NCBI GenBank assembly: GCA_036172245.1
Contig: JAYWIR010000002.1
Span: 7,130,001-7,194,000, forward strand
Source: Raillietiella orientalis
Taxonomy: Eukaryota
DNA: 64,000 nt
Direction: 5' to 3'
Part shown: in pieces, positions 63,601 to 64,000 of the stretch
Layout: each line of letters begins with the position of its first letter
Numbering within the stretch: position 1 is the stretch's first letter
Program-made: the position numbers and the translations under genes
The notes under the pieces: model-generated
Databases searched by the model: none
The model's input: only the letters and a program-made list of their open reading frames with translations
Told to the model about the DNA's origin: nothing

Positions 63601-64000
63601 AAGGAAATTCCATGACGACTGGAAAAAGCATGTCTAACAGTAGGTTCCTTGCAACTCTCGAAACGATGGCTCAGATGAGAGGAAGTCTGCTTGCTTAGAC
63701 GTCTGAAGCATTGGCTGGTAAAGTGGCTAAACATCAACCCTCTACTTCTAGTTCTCTGAGTCCTACTTGAAGAACGAAGGGTAATGAAGCACTGTGTTTG
63801 TAGTTGGCAAGAGGATAAGGCCTGATCTTTAGATGACTAATCGTTTCCAGAAAGATATGAGGGACATCTACCAGAACGCCTACAACATCTGCCACGTCGA
63901 TTCGAATTCGAGCACCTCCACCTTCATGAGCCGCTTCGCAGAAACGTGCCCGCTACTCCATGATGAGTTGAACAAGTGCATCCGGCAAGTGGCGTGCGCC
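51699..64000 (+). CDS. DEG/ENaC (ASIC/pickpocket-like) sodium channel subunit, 3' incomplete. Exons 51699-52095, 55682-55859, 60276-60475, 60604-60752, 63851->64000
   Basis: N-terminal TTFHG (HG motif), FW-initiated TM1, LPVITVCS (FPAVTIC-like), CEEFILSC...CC...TIYGRC (T-YG-CY-like) and a Cys-rich last exon. Splice phases are consistent (1,2,1,0). The start codon is less certain. Confidence 0.85.
52830..53560 (+). mobile_element. Family A 5' fragment with tRNA-like B-box, in ENaC intron 1
   Basis: GCGGGTTCGAATCCC at 52875-52889. Translation similarity to the reverse strand of 34297-34494 (PPLT..DWKLTLR, MELLPWG). Confidence 0.75.
57978..58671 (-). repeat. 694-bp inverted repeat, right arm (ENaC intron 2)
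   Basis: Reverse complement of 47649-48342. Confidence 0.95.
58850..59480 (-). mobile_element. Family A 5' fragment, in ENaC intron 2
   Basis: Same degenerate ttctcc-ggaggga repeat block and B-box at 59430-59441. Confidence 0.65.
62368..63270. mobile_element. MITE/foldback-like element: imperfect ~50-70-bp TIRs around an AT-rich core
   Basis: Left aggtcgaaattcccaac...aaatcccgaatgtcgaaggatcataag; right cttatgatctttcg...acattcgggattt...gttcggaatttccgacct. No clear TSD found. Confidence 0.6.

Noticed and set aside
1..64000. CRISPR array, rRNA, non-canonical splice sites or alternative genetic code
   Set aside because: No regularly spaced repeats or rRNA motifs. All four genes assemble with GT-AG introns under the standard code.

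Overview
Eukaryotic (animal) genomic DNA, most likely from a non-insect arthropod or related protostome. This is inferred from an arthropod-type ST7 N-terminus (MWDSAVFL), a Tre1 orthologue and a retained Wnt2-type ligand. Four spliced genes can be built by hand with phase-consistent GT-AG introns: a Wnt2-like gene (+, 7367-11731), ST7 (-, 21871-19790, convergent with Wnt2), a Tre1-like GPCR (+, 39963-45412) and a DEG/ENaC channel (+, 51699 to beyond the window end). Much of the rest is L1/Tx1-type non-LTR retrotransposon sequence. One young, 5'-truncated copy has an intact 844-aa RT ORF and a 19-bp TSD, and is nested in an older, abundant, internally deleted family that carries a tRNA-like B-box near its 5' end. 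Other notable structures are a 694-bp near-perfect inverted repeat pair about 10 kb apart, a ~95-nt hairpin, an AT-rich MITE-like element, 43-59-nt mini-introns (two stop-free and 3n) and a sharp CpG-poor versus CpG-rich mosaic. Most ORFs in the supplied track are spurious GC-rich frames. All homology calls are from recalled motifs, not from database searches.
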